64,000 nt of DNA from Waterburya sp. (GTDB lineage Bacteria > Cyanobacteriota > Cyanobacteriia > Cyanobacteriales > Xenococcaceae), in NCBI GenBank assembly GCA_965217895.1, contig CBDCJV010000002.1:1248001-1312000 (forward strand). Direction: 5' to 3'. Below, in pieces: positions 62,634 to 64,000 of this stretch; position 1 is the stretch's first letter, and each line of letters starts with the position of its first letter. Made by a program: the position numbers and the translations under genes. The notes beneath the pieces were generated by a model. The model worked only from the letters and a program-made list of their open reading frames with translations. It did not search any database and was not told the DNA's origin.

Positions 62634-63776
62634 TTACTTAACCATGTCAACTGATATTTCATCAGATTTTTTCCAAAGCTGCAACTGATTGTTTTCAGCT
62701 AAGAAATCCCGTATTTTCTGGCGATAAATATTTCTATATTCATCAAAGTCATATTTATCTACTCTAATACCAAAATCTTTATTTTCTTCGCCTTGTAAAA
62801 TTTTGGCGACTTCGTTGTTTGTTATAACTGAATAATGACTACCATCAAAAGTATTATTAGGATTTTTGGTAATTTCTGATGGGGCAGAAAAATCATACAT
62901 TGCGTCATAATTTTGAGCTATTTTATGAAAACTCAACAACTCACAGTCTGTTAAATTTCTACCGTAAGTATCATTGACTATACTCCAAGCAGATCTGGGG
63001 GGTACATAACCAATAAACTTAGCTTTAGGGAAAATTGCCTTCAGTTGGACAAAAGCTTCTACTGGTGAAAGGTCACATCTTTGTGGAGAAGCAGGCTTAT
63101 AAAAATCTGGCTTATACTCAGGAGCGCTAGCAAAATCTACTGGTTCAAAGTTTCGATCGTAATAATTCCCAGGATCGGGACTAACCCCTAATAAAGTCAT
63201 AACCGAAAATAATAAAACATCAGCTGATAAATAAGCTTGCAAAGGCGATTTGGTAGTCAAATTTCGTAGAGATACAAACTCTTGTTTTGTTCTATCCTTT
63301 TCCACAAAATTTAGACCATCTACGCCGACATAGACTATTTTAGGCTTGATACCTTCTTCTTTTAAAGATTTAGCATAATTGATAAAATCAGGTATTTCGC
63401 CTCCTTTAATGGAATAGTTAAAACAGCGATCTTTGTGAAAATTATCTGGTCTTAAGGCAATAACTCTAGAACTACCAAGAATAATGCAATTGTAATTTTC
63501 TTTATTTTCGGTTCTAAAAAATAAATTTGTTTTGGTTATTCTTTCATTAAAAGCAAAATTTTTGCCAGTGATAATATTGCCATGATTGTACCATAAAGGA
63601 TCGATTAACCAATTAAGACCAGCCACAGAACCTAATATCACAAAAGTAATTAGTCCGTAAAGTCCAAAACTAAATTTTGAATCTTTATTCTTTTGGGCAA
63701 CGTTAGTTTTAGGCATTTCTGAAGTTCCGCGTTTACCTAACTTTAAAAACTCGCTGGCTGCACTTTTGAAATTCAT
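62634..63776 (-). CDS. Membrane-anchored SGNH-like protein (MBOAT partner)
   Basis: TM + IDP, ILGSSR and FDGSHY (GS..DxxH). Confidence 0.65.
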   Translation of the reverse strand: MNFKSAASEFLKLGKRGTSEMPKTNVAQKNKDSKFSFGLYGLITFVILGSVAGLNWLIDPLWYNHGNIITGKNFAFNERITKTNLFFRTENKENYNCIILGSSRVIALRPDNFHKDRCFNYSIKGGEIPDFINYAKSLKEEGIKPKIVYVGVDGLNFVEKDRTKQEFVSLRNLTTKSPLQAYLSADVLLFSVMTLLGVSPDPGNYYDRNFEPVDFASAPEYKPDFYKPASPQRCDLSPVEAFVQLKAIFPKAKFIGYVPPRSAWSIVNDTYGRNLTDCELLSFHKIAQNYDAMYDFSAPSEITKNPNNTFDGSHYSVITNNEVAKILQGEENKDFGIRVDKYDFDEYRNIYRQKIRDFLAENNQLQLWKKSDEISVDMVK

Positions 63777-63806
63777 TTTTAGTATCTTTAGTATATATTT
63801 TAAAAA

Positions 63807-64000
63807 TTAGAATTGGAAATATAAAAACTCACTGACTCTACTAAAACATAGCAAAGAGAGTGATGTTAATCCTGCTACAATAATTGTCCAAATTTTGTTT
63901 GGTCTCCAAGATAAAGATTGCCAAAATTTTTGTTGCCATTGAGATTGATTCTGTCTGATAGGCTCAGTAAGTGTTGGACTATAATTTCCCATCCATTGTT
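63807..64000 (-). CDS. C-terminus of an MBOAT O-acyltransferase (AlgI/DltB-like), cut by the window edge
   Basis: Ends in SEFLYFQF. Confidence 0.8.
   Translation of the reverse strand, partial: QWMGNYSPTLTEPIRQNQSQWQQKFWQSLSWRPNKIWTIIVAGLTSLSLLCFSRVSEFLYFQF

Overview
AT-rich cyanobacterial chromosome segment, judged from the abundant HIP1 octamer GCGATCGC, petG, cytM, Yfr1 and an NtcA promoter. Most of it is core genome: pmgA, coaD, recQ, thrS, trxA, the rplS-tRNA-Trp-secE-nusG-rplKAJL block, rsmH, accD, bioU and ycf35. The accessory modules are more interesting. (1) An ammonium-transporter/hybrid histidine kinase fusion sits just upstream of a receiver-kinase whose phosphoacceptor His is replaced by Gln. 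(2) A purine-utilisation operon (Rieske oxygenase, NCS2 permease, HpxO, UraH) has a canonical NtcA promoter. (3) A lone NRPS-like half-C/A/PCP/TE gene lacks the amino-acid-binding Asp. (4) A ter locus lies divergent from a PRTase/TRSP/StiP/HAD module; the PRTase-TRSP gene is split at an A8 tract and a zinc-ribbon metalloprotease gene is broken by a 65-bp element. (5) A family of tiny GC-rich repeats nests inside itself and appears in empty, singly filled and multiply filled states. (6) An rdgB fragment is bounded by two HIP1 sites. No CRISPR array, rRNA or intact transposase was seen. All assignments come from motif recognition by eye; no searches were run.
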